NCBI GenBank assembly: GCA_903824675.1 | Contig: CAIJXV010000088.1 | Location: 7,318-71,317, forward strand | Reading direction: 5' to 3' | Length of the DNA stretch: 64,000 nt | Origin: an uncultured bacterium | GTDB taxonomy: Bacteria; Verrucomicrobiota; Kiritimatiellia; CAIKKV01; CAIJXV01 | Position numbers and translations under genes: made by a program | Notes under the pieces: generated by a model | The model's database searches: none | Told to the model about the DNA's origin: nothing | What the model saw: the letters and a program-made list of their open reading frames with translations, nothing else | Shown: positions 49,459 through 58,887 of the stretch, piece after piece | Numbering within the stretch: position 1 is the stretch's first letter | How the letters are laid out: the number at the start of each line of letters is the position of its first letter

Positions 49459-51227
49459 GAGAGATGAGTAATCCCAATGTCACACCCCTCACCCCCGCCC
49501 TCTCCCTCAAGGGGCGAGTGAGGAGACCAGACCCGGAATCCAACCTGATATCGGGGCCTTTTTCCGGGGATGGCGTCCCCTGTTTCCCATCTCTCCCCGA
49601 CGAGGGAGAGGTCGGAGCCGATCGCCGTTTCGGCGCGTCGGGTCCGGGTGAGGGGAATCGTTTAACGGTTCGATGGGGTCGGCGAGTTGTACTCGTGGCA
49701 GGGGTGTTGGCATTCCTCCTGTTCGGCGGCGGACCCAGCGCGTCATTGGCCCAGCGGACGGTCAGCTTCCCCCCAGCGGAAAGCAAGCCGCCGCCTCCAG
49801 TGAAGGCTCCGCCCCGGACGCAGTCCTCGGGGGAAGATACCAGCCTGCTTCCGGATTTCGGGCCGACGATGCGCAAGACCCAGGAGCGCCAGCCGCCGCC
49901 GCCGACCTCCCTGACGGTGATGTACAAGGTCGAGTATGGCGAAGCTTTGCAATATGTTTATCCGGATGGCACCGTCCAAAAATTCCAGCAATGGATGAGC
50001 TACCAGAACGACGGCTTTCAGCTGCTGAAATGGGTTAATGAACGCTTGCAGGATGGCAACAACTACCTGTATGCGACCAAACCGTTGGCCAGTCCCGGAT
50101 TCGATCCGGTCGATATTCCCCTGTTGTACATGACGGGCGATTATGATTTTCAATTGCGAGAGACGGAGGTCGCCAATCTGCGGCGGTTTTTATTGGATGG
50201 AGGCACGATCCTGTTCAATGCGGCCCGGGGACGGGATGATTTTTCGGCGGCGGTCGTCCGGGAAATGAAGCGCGTTTTTCCGCAGAAGAACATGATGAAA
50301 CTGCCGCCGGACCACCCGATTTTCAACAGCCGGTACCGGATCAACCAGGTGAATGTCATGATCAACGGGGTTCAGTTTTTACAACCGCCGGAATTATATG
50401 CCGTGGATATTGGTACGCGGTCGGCGGCCATCCTGGCGCCGTCCGGATTTGGTTCGGCCTGGAGCGGCGAAGCCTATCATCCCGGGGGACGGCATATGAT
50501 CGGGGAATCGGCCGTGCGGCTGGGGGTCAACCTGGTAGCCTATGTGCTGGCGAGTACGGAGTATGGTCGGTTTTTGGCGCAGGAATTTCCCGTGTATGAA
50601 GGGAGTTCCCGCGCGGGGGATGTTTTCCGGTTTGCCCTGGCGCGCTATGCCGGAAGTTGGGATGTGAACCCGGCCGTGCAGAATTCGATCCAGCAGGCGC
50701 TCAAGGAAAACACCGGGATCGATGTCGATTATGCGCCACATGCGATTAATCTGGACGACCCCGAGTTGGCCAATTTCCCGCTGGTGTTTATGACAGGGCA
50801 CTACGATTTCACGCTGACGGCGCCTGAGATTGAAAATCTGCGAGCCTTTCTGAACAAAGGCGGGTTGCTGGTGGGATTGCCGGCGGCGGGGTTCCAGCCG
50901 TTTACAACCGCTTTCCGGCGGGAGCTTCTCCGGGTTTTGCCGGAGACCGAATTCATTCCCATTCCTCCGTCCCACGCCGTGTTTAGCGGCGGATGGAATG
51001 CGATCGATCAAGTGGCCTATACGCCGCGGGCTCTGCGGGACGATCCGAGTTTGACGACCCCGCAATTTGACGGACTTTTTGTCCAACAGCGTCTGGCGGT
51101 ATTAGTGACGCCGTATGATGTTTTGAGTGGAGCCAATCGGGAGCCGAACGCTTACAGCAAAGGTCTGGTGGCGGACGATGCGCTGCGGGTCATGCTGAAT
51201 CTCATTACGCATGCGTTGAGTCATTAG
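49455..51227 (+). CDS. Protein with two tandem DUF4159-like domains
   Basis: Signal anchor VVLVAGVLAFLLFGG. Two copies of the module (P/F)LLYMTGDYDFQLRETEVANLRRFLLDGGTILFNA and FPLVFMTGHYDFTLTAPEIENLRAFLNKGGLLVGLP, matching the DUF4159 consensus as recalled. It is the last gene of the moxR operon. Confidence 0.6.
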   Translation: MREMSNPNVTPLTPALSLKGRVRRPDPESNLISGPFSGDGVPCFPSLPDEGEVGADRRFGASGPGEGNRLTVRWGRRVVLVAGVLAFLLFGGGPSASLAQRTVSFPPAESKPPPPVKAPPRTQSSGEDTSLLPDFGPTMRKTQERQPPPPTSLTVMYKVEYGEALQYVYPDGTVQKFQQWMSYQNDGFQLLKWVNERLQDGNNYLYATKPLASPGFDPVDIPLLYMTGDYDFQLRETEVANLRRFLLDGGTILFNAARGRDDFSAAVVREMKRVFPQKNMMKLPPDHPIFNSRYRINQVNVMINGVQFLQPPELYAVDIGTRSAAILAPSGFGSAWSGEAYHPGGRHMIGESAVRLGVNLVAYVLASTEYGRFLAQEFPVYEGSSRAGDVFRFALARYAGSWDVNPAVQNSIQQALKENTGIDVDYAPHAINLDDPELANFPLVFMTGHYDFTLTAPEIENLRAFLNKGGLLVGLPAAGFQPFTTAFRRELLRVLPETEFIPIPPSHAVFSGGWNAIDQVAYTPRALRDDPSLTTPQFDGLFVQQRLAVLVTPYDVLSGANREPNAYSKGLVADDALRVMLNLITHALSH

Positions 51228-51359
51228 TTTGGTCGGAATACGATGCGTAACGGGGCGCGGGGCGTCGGGCGGTGGCCGGTCTTGCGATTCGAGTTGAAAA
51301 GTGCTAAAATGTAAAAATTAAGTTTAAACTGGATGGCCAGCGGCAAGGAGACGGGTATT

Positions 51360-54062
51360 ATGAAAATCAGCGTGCAGATTTTATGCCTTTCCCTGTTATG
51401 GGTGACCCTGGTAGGGCGGCTGAGTGCGGCTGACTATTATGTGGCGACCAATGCAGTCCCGGCCTCGCCCTACAACGTCTGGTCCAAGGCGTTTACCAAT
51501 GTCCAGGATGCGTTGAATGTGGCGCGAGCCAACGACACGATCTACCTCGCCGGCCACGTGTTTGGGATTACGAATCAACTCAGTTGGACGGGGTTGGCCT
51601 ACGCGGTCACGATTCGCGGCGGGTATGTTGCCACCAATGAAACCAATCTGCCCGGCAGCAACAACCCGGCGCTTTGGCCGACGGTCATTGTGCGCACCTC
51701 AGGTACGAACGGCATCTGGATGCTCAACGGCGTAACGAACGGCACGCTGGCCCAGGTCACGATTGCCGGTGGCAGTAATACCTATAGTGGGCAGACGTAT
51801 GGCGGCGGACTTTATCTGACCAACTGTTTTGGACAGACGATCTCCTCTTGCGTCATCAGCGGGAATGTTGCTCGATCCACGTTGAATCATGGATATGCCT
51901 TCGGAGGCGGCATTTGTCTCGCCAAGAGTTCCGTAGTCCTGACCAATTGCGTGGTATTGCAGAACAAGGCGATCAGTGAGGGGAATTTTACGAGTGATGC
52001 CGGTTTGGGCGGCGGGTTGTTTGTGGCGGGTTCTGCGACCGCGACGGTTCGGGATTGTGTTTTCACCCTGAATGACGCGAATAATAACCTCTATCGTTAC
52101 GGCCAGGGCGGGGGTATTTATGCCGCCGGCACGGTGGTTCTCAAGAACTGCCTGTTGTTTGCCAACCGATCCTATACGGTGGGAGATGGACTTTATGTGA
52201 CGTCCGGGATTACCCGCGTCGAGAACTGCACGGTGGCCAGCCATGCCGACGACGGGATATACCGGGGGTCTGGCAGTTTCTCGGTCAGCAACTCCATCAT
52301 CTGGGACAACGGTGACGATATTGTGGGAACAGGAACCCTGGCGTATTGCTGTATCCAGGATGGCGATAGCAATGGAGTGAATGGTTGCATCAGCTCGAAT
52401 CCCCGTTTCGAATACGGCTATTATCTGCCGGCTGACAGTCCCTGTACCAATGCCGGATCGATGAGTGCGATCGACGCCGGACTCAGCGCTTACACGACGT
52501 TAACCAATGGGCAGGTGGATGGCGATACGGTGGATCTGGGTTATCACTATGCCGGCGCCTTCGATCCGACCTACTTGGATTTGTATGTTGCACCCGCACC
52601 AACGGGTAGTGATGGGTACGTCGGAACGGATCCCCTGTTCCCGCTGGCGACTATCGGCAAGGCGATTGCGAAAGCGAGGGATGGCAGTCGGATCCACATC
52701 GCCTCAGGCGCTTACACCAATGGTGCGGAGTCCTTCCCCCTGATACTGCTTGGCAAGGTGGGCGTACAACTCCTTGGAACGAACCGGGAGACGACCGTGG
52801 TGAGCGCTTCCGGGAGCAATCAACGGGTATTCACCCTGGTGGGGGCGCCCCTGAGTCGCATCGAAGGGCTTTCTGTCAGAGGAGGGAAATTCGCGGTAGC
52901 GGGAACCAGTTATGGCGGGGGTGTTTACGTCGACTCTTGTGGCGGAACGATTCTGGCCTCCTGTACTGTCATCAGCAATCGGGTGGAACCGTCGCTTTGG
53001 CATGCCCAAGGTTACGGCGGGGGCTTGGCTTGCATTGGGGGTTCATTGCTGGTTTCGAACTGTCAGTTCAGTTATAACGCGGCCTCGGGGTATGGCGACT
53101 CCGCGACCGATTTCGGTCGCGGCGGCGGCGTCTATGCGGGGGGTGAAGTGACGATCCGCGATACCGTTTTTAATATGAATGACGCAGTTTACGATAATCT
53201 CAGCAACGTTCGGTCCGGAGAAGGGGGCGGGGTATACGGAAACGGGCCGGTGGTGTTGAAAAATTGCCTGTTCTATGGAAACCGGGCGTTTGCCGCGGGT
53301 GACGGGATATGTGTGGGTGGGGGAACCTCGCGGGTCGAGAACTGCACTGTGGCCAATCATGCCGACGACGGGATCTACCGTTCGGGTGGTGTTCTATCGG
53401 TGAGCAACTCGATTGTCTGGGAAAACGGCGATGACATCACCGGCGTGGTCAGCCTGGCCTATTCCTGCATTCAGGACGGGGACAGCAACGGGGTCAACGG
53501 GTGTATTAATACGGATCCGTTGTTCGAGTATGGCTACTACCTGGGGGCGAATAGCCTATGCGTGAACACCGGCTCGATGAGTGCGGTGGCCGCGGGGCTC
53601 AGCGCATACACGACCCGCGCGGACGGACAGACTGACTCCGGGACCGTGGATTTGGGTTATCACTATAGTGCGGGTGCTGATTTGGGATATGCGGATCTTT
53701 ACGTGGCCCCGGCGCCGACGGGAAGCGACGGTTATGTCGGAACAAATCCTCTCCTGCCCCTGGCCACGATCACGAAGGCGATCTCGCTGGCCCGGGATGG
53801 AAGCCGGATTCATTTGTCGACCGGAGCTTACACGAACGGACCGGAAACCTTTCCCTTGAGGTTGATCGGGAAAGGCGGCGTGCAGTTGCTCGGGACCAAT
53901 CGTGAGGCGACCGTGATCAACGCGGCGCGGAGCGGCCAACGCGTATTGCTCGTCAGCAACGCACCCAATACGCGGGTTGAAGGGGTGACGATTACCGGCG
54001 GGACGGCAACCAACTCCACAGTCACCTCCTGCGGGGGGGGGGATTTATATCGACAACTCTAG
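51360..54062 (+). CDS. Giant parallel beta-helix repeat surface protein, N-terminal portion, interrupted by a G10 frameshift
   Basis: SD aaggag 9 nt upstream of the ATG at 51360. Signal peptide MKISVQILCLSLLWVTLVGRLSAA. Repeated modules NCTVA(N/S)HADDGIYR...VSNSI(I/V)W(D/E)NGDDI...CIQDGDSNGVNGCI...DLGYHY. The frame ends 7 codons after the G10 run at 54033..54042. Confidence 0.75.
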   Translation: MKISVQILCLSLLWVTLVGRLSAADYYVATNAVPASPYNVWSKAFTNVQDALNVARANDTIYLAGHVFGITNQLSWTGLAYAVTIRGGYVATNETNLPGSNNPALWPTVIVRTSGTNGIWMLNGVTNGTLAQVTIAGGSNTYSGQTYGGGLYLTNCFGQTISSCVISGNVARSTLNHGYAFGGGICLAKSSVVLTNCVVLQNKAISEGNFTSDAGLGGGLFVAGSATATVRDCVFTLNDANNNLYRYGQGGGIYAAGTVVLKNCLLFANRSYTVGDGLYVTSGITRVENCTVASHADDGIYRGSGSFSVSNSIIWDNGDDIVGTGTLAYCCIQDGDSNGVNGCISSNPRFEYGYYLPADSPCTNAGSMSAIDAGLSAYTTLTNGQVDGDTVDLGYHYAGAFDPTYLDLYVAPAPTGSDGYVGTDPLFPLATIGKAIAKARDGSRIHIASGAYTNGAESFPLILLGKVGVQLLGTNRETTVVSASGSNQRVFTLVGAPLSRIEGLSVRGGKFAVAGTSYGGGVYVDSCGGTILASCTVISNRVEPSLWHAQGYGGGLACIGGSLLVSNCQFSYNAASGYGDSATDFGRGGGVYAGGEVTIRDTVFNMNDAVYDNLSNVRSGEGGGVYGNGPVVLKNCLFYGNRAFAAGDGICVGGGTSRVENCTVANHADDGIYRSGGVLSVSNSIVWENGDDITGVVSLAYSCIQDGDSNGVNGCINTDPLFEYGYYLGANSLCVNTGSMSAVAAGLSAYTTRADGQTDSGTVDLGYHYSAGADLGYADLYVAPAPTGSDGYVGTNPLLPLATITKAISLARDGSRIHLSTGAYTNGPETFPLRLIGKGGVQLLGTNREATVINAARSGQRVLLVSNAPNTRVEGVTITGGTATNSTVTSCGGGDLYRQL
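54033..54042 (+). repeat. G10 homopolymer at the frameshift point of the giant beta-helix gene
   Basis: gcGGGGGGGGGGat. With 9 G the translation reads ...CGGGIYIDNSSGSMVLSSVISSN..., continuing into ORF 54070..57783 and matching sister modules (GGGVYVDSCGGTILASC..., GGGVYIENCSGVTLASC...). Confidence 0.9.
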
Positions 54063-54069
54063 CGGGAGC

Positions 54070-57000
54070 ATGGTGTTGTCGAGTGTGATTTCCAGCAACA
54101 AAGCGGAGTCGATCTCGCCCGCCAACCACGTAATGGGCTACGGGGGAGGGGTCTATTGCGGCAGTGGATCCCTGATCCTGTCGAACTGTGTCATTTCCAG
54201 CAACGCCGCCATCAGCCGGGGCGATTGGGCGACCGATCCCGGTTGTGGGGGCGGCATTTATGCGGCGGGTATTGTGACCCTCCAGCGGTGTGTTCTTTTT
54301 CAGAACGTGGCGACCAACGGCAGTAACCCCTATGGTGAAGGGGGCGGCGTGTATGGCATGGGAACGGTCTTGTTGCGGAATTGTCTGCTCTACGGAAATC
54401 GGGCACGTTCGGCTGCGGACGCGATCATGGTGCGGGGCGGGCAGATGAACCTGGAAAACTGCACCGTGGCCAACCACCCGCGCGACGGGATCTGGCGCAC
54501 CAATGGAACGGTTGCGGTGACGAACTCGATTGTCTGGAATAACGGGGATGATATTGTGGGGCCGATGACGCTGGGTTACTCCGACATTGAGGATGGGGAT
54601 AATAATACCACCAACGGTTGTTTTAGCGTCAATCCCCAATTTGCGGATACGACGAATTTTCATCTTCTATCAAAGGCCGGTTACTATGGCGGTGGGTATT
54701 TTAGTGGCGGGAGTTGGTCCACGAATACCGCGGTGTCAAATAATCCCTGCATCGACATGGGGAATCTCGCTTCGCCGTGGTCGGCGGAGCCCGCGCCTAA
54801 CGGTAGGCGGGTCAATCTGGGCGCGTACGGGAACACGGAGGTGGCGTCCCAGACCTTTCTGGAGGAACCGGGTACGTTCACGAATTTAACCGTGCATGCT
54901 TATCCGTTGGCGATTGCGGATTTGGGACCGGACTGGGCGATTCTGAAAGGCGAGGTCCTGCATACGGGAGGGGGGGCGAATCCGCAGGCCTATATCTGTT
55001 GGGCCACCTCCGACAAGGGGACCAGCGGAACCGACCAATGGACGCATGTGGAATCCATGGGAGCCCGGGCGCAATGGGAGCCCTTTTCAAACAATTTGTC
55101 AGGGTTGGCCCAGATCGCCTACTGTTTTCGCTGCTACGTGACGAACGATGTGGGAGAGGACTGGTCTGCGCCGGTGGTGTTCGGGATTCTGGTGCCGGCG
55201 GTAACCAATACAGGGGCGAGTCCGGTACGTCGGCGTTCGGCCCGGCTGAACGGACAGATTCTGGACGTTGGGGGCAGTACGCCCAGCGCTTGGTTCCACT
55301 ATTGGAAAACGGGGGATTCTGTGACCAATGTGGTTGTGATGAACTCTCAAACGGGAACCTTTAGCGCGCTCCTGTCACCGCTCCCGGTTAATACCAGTTA
55401 CTCTTACAGGATTCTGGCGTCGAACAGCTCGGGAAGTGTGTGGTCGGACATCAAAACCTTCGCGACCTGGAGCGATCCGACCGGATGGTATGTGGCCACG
55501 AACGGCAGCGGTGCCGGAGGGACCAATTGGACGACGGCCTTCACCAATATCCAGGATGCGATGGATGAAGTGGCGCCCAGCGATACGGTGTACCTGGCCG
55601 CCCAACGGTTTGCGGTGGGGCGACAGATCGAACTGACGAACCGGACGGATGTCAGTGTCCGCGGCGGTTATGCCGGTGTTGGCACACCGGGAAGTTTCTC
55701 GGCGGATCCCACCGTGATCACGCGACTGGTGAGTATTGATTCGTTCCGTCTTTGGTACATCAGCGGGGTAACGAACAGCACGCTGGATCGGTTGACGGTC
55801 ATGGGGGCTTCGAACGCCCAGTACCTCGCGACCGTGTATGGCGGAGGCTTTATGGTCACCAACTCCTCCAATCTAACCCTCGCCTCCTGTAACCTCCTCA
55901 GTAATCGAGTGGAATCGGCTAACTGGCATAGCTACAGTTATGGAGGTGGTTTGTGTTGTATGGCCGGATCCTCCGTGCTGCTGACCAACTGTGTCCTGTC
56001 CTATAATCAGGCTTTCGGTTGCGGAGATTTCGGTGTCGGATACAACCCGGGCGACAATGGGTATGGCGGTGCCATTTGTGCTCTGGGCACCGTGACGCTA
56101 CAGGACTGCCGGTTGTTCATGAACGAAGTGGATACGATTACGGCGAGCAGGGATGCGGGGCGGGGTGGCGCGGTCTATTCCTCCGGCCTCTTATCGATGC
56201 GGAATTGTTTGCTCTATCAGAATCGATCCCTGGCCCCTGTCAGCGGGTGGGGTGATGCGGTGTATGTCGGCGGCGGGACGTCATCGTTTCAGAATTGTAC
56301 CATCACCAGTCATTCGGACGACGGAATCTGCCGCGCGGCCGGTCTGGTCTCGGTCAGCAATTCGGTGGTGTGGGAAAATGGCGATGACATTACGGGAGTC
56401 GTGAGTCTGGCCTATTCCACCATCCAGGACGGGGACAGCAACGGGGTCAATTATTGTATCAGCGCCGATCCGATGTTCGAGATGGGCTATTATTTGGGAA
56501 CGAACAGTCTTTGCGTAAATGCCGGATCGATGAGTGCGGTTGCGGCGGGACTCGCCAATTATACCACTCGAACCGATGGACAGGCCGACGACGGAACCGT
56601 TGATTTGGGGTATCACTACACTGCGGGTCTGGACACGACGTATGCCGATTTGTATGTGACGCCGGCGCCGGTGGGCAATGATGTCAATGTGGGTACGAAT
56701 CCCGCCCTACCGTTGGCCACGATTACGAAAGCGATCGCCACGGCTCTGGACGGAACGCGTATTCATCTTTCCGCGGGTTCCTATACGAATGGGGTTGAGA
56801 CGTTCCCGCTGACGATTCAGGGGAAGAGCGGAGTGCAACTCCTGGGGACCAATAAGAGCCTGACCGTGATTAATGCCTGGGGGAGTAATCAACGCGTGCT
56901 GGTGTTGAATAATGCTCCCTTTGCGCGGATTGAAGGCGTCACTTTGACCGGAGGAAAGCTGCTCACGGGCAGCAATAATAGTTATGGAGGAGGCGTCTAC

Positions 57001-57783
57001 ATTGAAAACTGCAGCGGCGTAACCCTCGCATCCTGTCAAATTGTGTCCAACCGGACGGAAGTCACGGGGAGCACTGTTCACTACCTGGGTGCCGGTGGCG
57101 GTGTCTACTGCGCGAACGGCTCTCTGACCCTCTCAAACTGCGTCGTGGCCACCAATATTGCCTTATGCGGTGGCGACCAGCCGGGGGATTCGGGCCGGGG
57201 TGGTGGAATCTATGCGGCCGGATTGGTAACCCTGCTGAACTGCGCTATATTCAAGAATGAGGCGGGCAACACGATGCAACAGCTCGGTCAGGGAGGCGGT
57301 CTGTTCGCCAGCGGGACCTTGTTGATGCGGAATTGCCTGGTTTATACGAACCGGGCTTATTCCCAGGGCGATGCCCTTTATGTGGGCGGGGGCTCTGCTG
57401 TTTTGGAAAACTGCACGGTGGCGAACCATGGGCGCGACGGAATCTGGCGGACCAATGGGACGGTGGCGGTGACGAACTCGATTGTCTGGAACAACGGCGA
57501 TGATATCGTTGGATCGGTGACCCTGGGTTATTCTGATATTGAAGACGGGGATAGCAACGGGGTGAATGGTTGCGTAAACAGCAATCCGAAGTTCGTCAAT
57601 GCGGCTATCGGTGACTTCAAACTCGGGGTGGGATCCGCGGCGATCAACTTGGGTCTCAAACAGGATTGGATGACGACGGCCTCCATCGACCTTGCCGGCA
57701 ACCCGCGACTGGTGGGGAGCACGGTCGACATGGGAGCCTACGAGTCGTCGTCCGGTCTCGGCACCATATTCACGCTTTACTGA
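54070..57783 (+). CDS. Giant parallel beta-helix repeat surface protein, C-terminal portion (same gene as 51360..54062 if G10 becomes G9)
   Basis: The same module family as the upstream ORF, including a second YVATNGSGAGGTNWTTAFTNIQDAMDEV N-terminal-type module. No independent RBS or signal peptide. Confidence 0.7.
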   Translation: MVLSSVISSNKAESISPANHVMGYGGGVYCGSGSLILSNCVISSNAAISRGDWATDPGCGGGIYAAGIVTLQRCVLFQNVATNGSNPYGEGGGVYGMGTVLLRNCLLYGNRARSAADAIMVRGGQMNLENCTVANHPRDGIWRTNGTVAVTNSIVWNNGDDIVGPMTLGYSDIEDGDNNTTNGCFSVNPQFADTTNFHLLSKAGYYGGGYFSGGSWSTNTAVSNNPCIDMGNLASPWSAEPAPNGRRVNLGAYGNTEVASQTFLEEPGTFTNLTVHAYPLAIADLGPDWAILKGEVLHTGGGANPQAYICWATSDKGTSGTDQWTHVESMGARAQWEPFSNNLSGLAQIAYCFRCYVTNDVGEDWSAPVVFGILVPAVTNTGASPVRRRSARLNGQILDVGGSTPSAWFHYWKTGDSVTNVVVMNSQTGTFSALLSPLPVNTSYSYRILASNSSGSVWSDIKTFATWSDPTGWYVATNGSGAGGTNWTTAFTNIQDAMDEVAPSDTVYLAAQRFAVGRQIELTNRTDVSVRGGYAGVGTPGSFSADPTVITRLVSIDSFRLWYISGVTNSTLDRLTVMGASNAQYLATVYGGGFMVTNSSNLTLASCNLLSNRVESANWHSYSYGGGLCCMAGSSVLLTNCVLSYNQAFGCGDFGVGYNPGDNGYGGAICALGTVTLQDCRLFMNEVDTITASRDAGRGGAVYSSGLLSMRNCLLYQNRSLAPVSGWGDAVYVGGGTSSFQNCTITSHSDDGICRAAGLVSVSNSVVWENGDDITGVVSLAYSTIQDGDSNGVNYCISADPMFEMGYYLGTNSLCVNAGSMSAVAAGLANYTTRTDGQADDGTVDLGYHYTAGLDTTYADLYVTPAPVGNDVNVGTNPALPLATITKAIATALDGTRIHLSAGSYTNGVETFPLTIQGKSGVQLLGTNKSLTVINAWGSNQRVLVLNNAPFARIEGVTLTGGKLLTGSNNSYGGGVYIENCSGVTLASCQIVSNRTEVTGSTVHYLGAGGGVYCANGSLTLSNCVVATNIALCGGDQPGDSGRGGGIYAAGLVTLLNCAIFKNEAGNTMQQLGQGGGLFASGTLLMRNCLVYTNRAYSQGDALYVGGGSAVLENCTVANHGRDGIWRTNGTVAVTNSIVWNNGDDIVGSVTLGYSDIEDGDSNGVNGCVNSNPKFVNAAIGDFKLGVGSAAINLGLKQDWMTTASIDLAGNPRLVGSTVDMGAYESSSGLGTIFTLY

Positions 57784-57804
57784 TAGACTCAACGCTCAAC
57801 GACG

Positions 57805-58098
57805 ATGGCGCCTCATTCGGCTGAGGCCGTTGTTCTCCGGGTGGGCGAACTATTACGGGTCATCGATGCGGTTGGGGGCCAACCAGGCGATTGGGTGGCT
57901 TTCAATGCCAATAACCTGGCTGAACGTTTCAGCCAGTCCCGGACACGGGTTGAAAACCGGGTGTACCGGATTACCCCGGGGGCACACCCTGTGGAGCAAC
58001 ACTCTGCCCCCGCAGGTGATGTTGACGGTGACGGACGATTCCAGCGGACATCACGATCTTATTTTTTAATGTTCTGGCCGATCCCGCAGGAAGAATGA
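57805..58098 (+). other. Possible remnant ORF (DUF1989-like fragment?) in a 500-nt leader region
   Basis: 97-aa ORF. GQPGDWVAFNANNLAERFSQSRTR weakly recalls the DUF1989 family. No RBS and no partner domains. Confidence 0.2.
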
Positions 58099-58216
58099 CG
58101 GTAGGAAATCAATTGTCGAAACCGGGTGTCTTTATCGAATTGCAGGCCGAAATGGATTGTGTGGTGGCGATATCGACGTGTTCAGTGCCCATTGCCGGCC
58201 GCTAAATTATTCTACA

Positions 58217-58238
58217 AACTTTGTATTGCAAAGTACTC
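58217..58238. promoter_or_regulatory. 22-bp palindromic operator-like site (copy 1) overlapping a sigma70-like promoter (-35 TTGCAA, 17-nt spacer, -10 TATCTT)
   Basis: ACTTTGTATTGCAAAGTACTCT has inverted half-sites ACTTTG-N5-CAAAGT. It sits 41 nt upstream of the ATG at 58279. A 20/22-identical second copy is at 59282. Confidence 0.6.
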
Positions 58239-58278
58239 TGTTATCTGCTATCTTGATTCTGGAAATCAGGAGGACCAG

Positions 58279-58887
58279 ATGATTGCCAACCATATTCATG
58301 ATGCCCTGGCGCAGGTTCGACGGGTCCAGGCGGTGATCCTGGAGCGGCGCGCGTTTCGCGGTTATTCGGGGGCCGCTCGGGCCGCGGGGGGATTGGCGGC
58401 GTTGGCGGGCGCGGCCGTCCTGTCGTCCCCTGGTCTGCCACAAACTGAATGGGCGCATCTGATCGGGTGGGGTGGAGTCCTGCTCCTCGCCGTAAGCATT
58501 AACTATGGGGCGCTTCTCTATTGGTTTCTTTTTGACCCGGATGCCCGACGTGAATTTCTCCGCCTCATGCCGGCAGTGGATGCCATTCCACCCCTGGCAG
58601 TGGCAGGCATTCTCAGCCTGACCCTTATCGTCCACGGTCAGTTCGATCTCCTCTTCGGCACCTGGATGTGTCTCTATGGCCTGGTTCATGTTCCGTATCG
58701 GCTCTCTCTGCCACGCGCCAACTACGGCATCGGGCTCTATTACATCTTTTGCGGCACCGTCTGCTTACTCACCCCCCTCGGCCAGTTCTTACACCCCTGG
58801 ACCATGGGTCTCGTGTTTTTTATCGGGGAAATCAGTGGGGGACTGTTACTCCATCAACATCGGCTGGTTCAGGAGGAGAAACCATGA
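58279..58887 (+). CDS. Hypothetical polytopic membrane protein
   Basis: SD aggagga upstream of the ATG at 58279. 4-5 predicted TM helices. The stop overlaps the regulator's start (ATGA). Confidence 0.6.
   Translation: MIANHIHDALAQVRRVQAVILERRAFRGYSGAARAAGGLAALAGAAVLSSPGLPQTEWAHLIGWGGVLLLAVSINYGALLYWFLFDPDARREFLRLMPAVDAIPPLAVAGILSLTLIVHGQFDLLFGTWMCLYGLVHVPYRLSLPRANYGIGLYYIFCGTVCLLTPLGQFLHPWTMGLVFFIGEISGGLLLHQHRLVQEEKP

Noticed and set aside
48878-49927. 349-aa minus-strand ORF
   Set aside because: It is antisense across the junction of two coupled plus-strand genes. The Pro, Ser and Arg-rich translation marks it as a shadow ORF.
51333-51359. Upstream ATG extension of the giant beta-helix ORF (MASGKETGI...)
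   Set aside because: The ATG at 51360 has a canonical aaggag SD at the right spacing and begins the signal peptide. The longer form has no SD.
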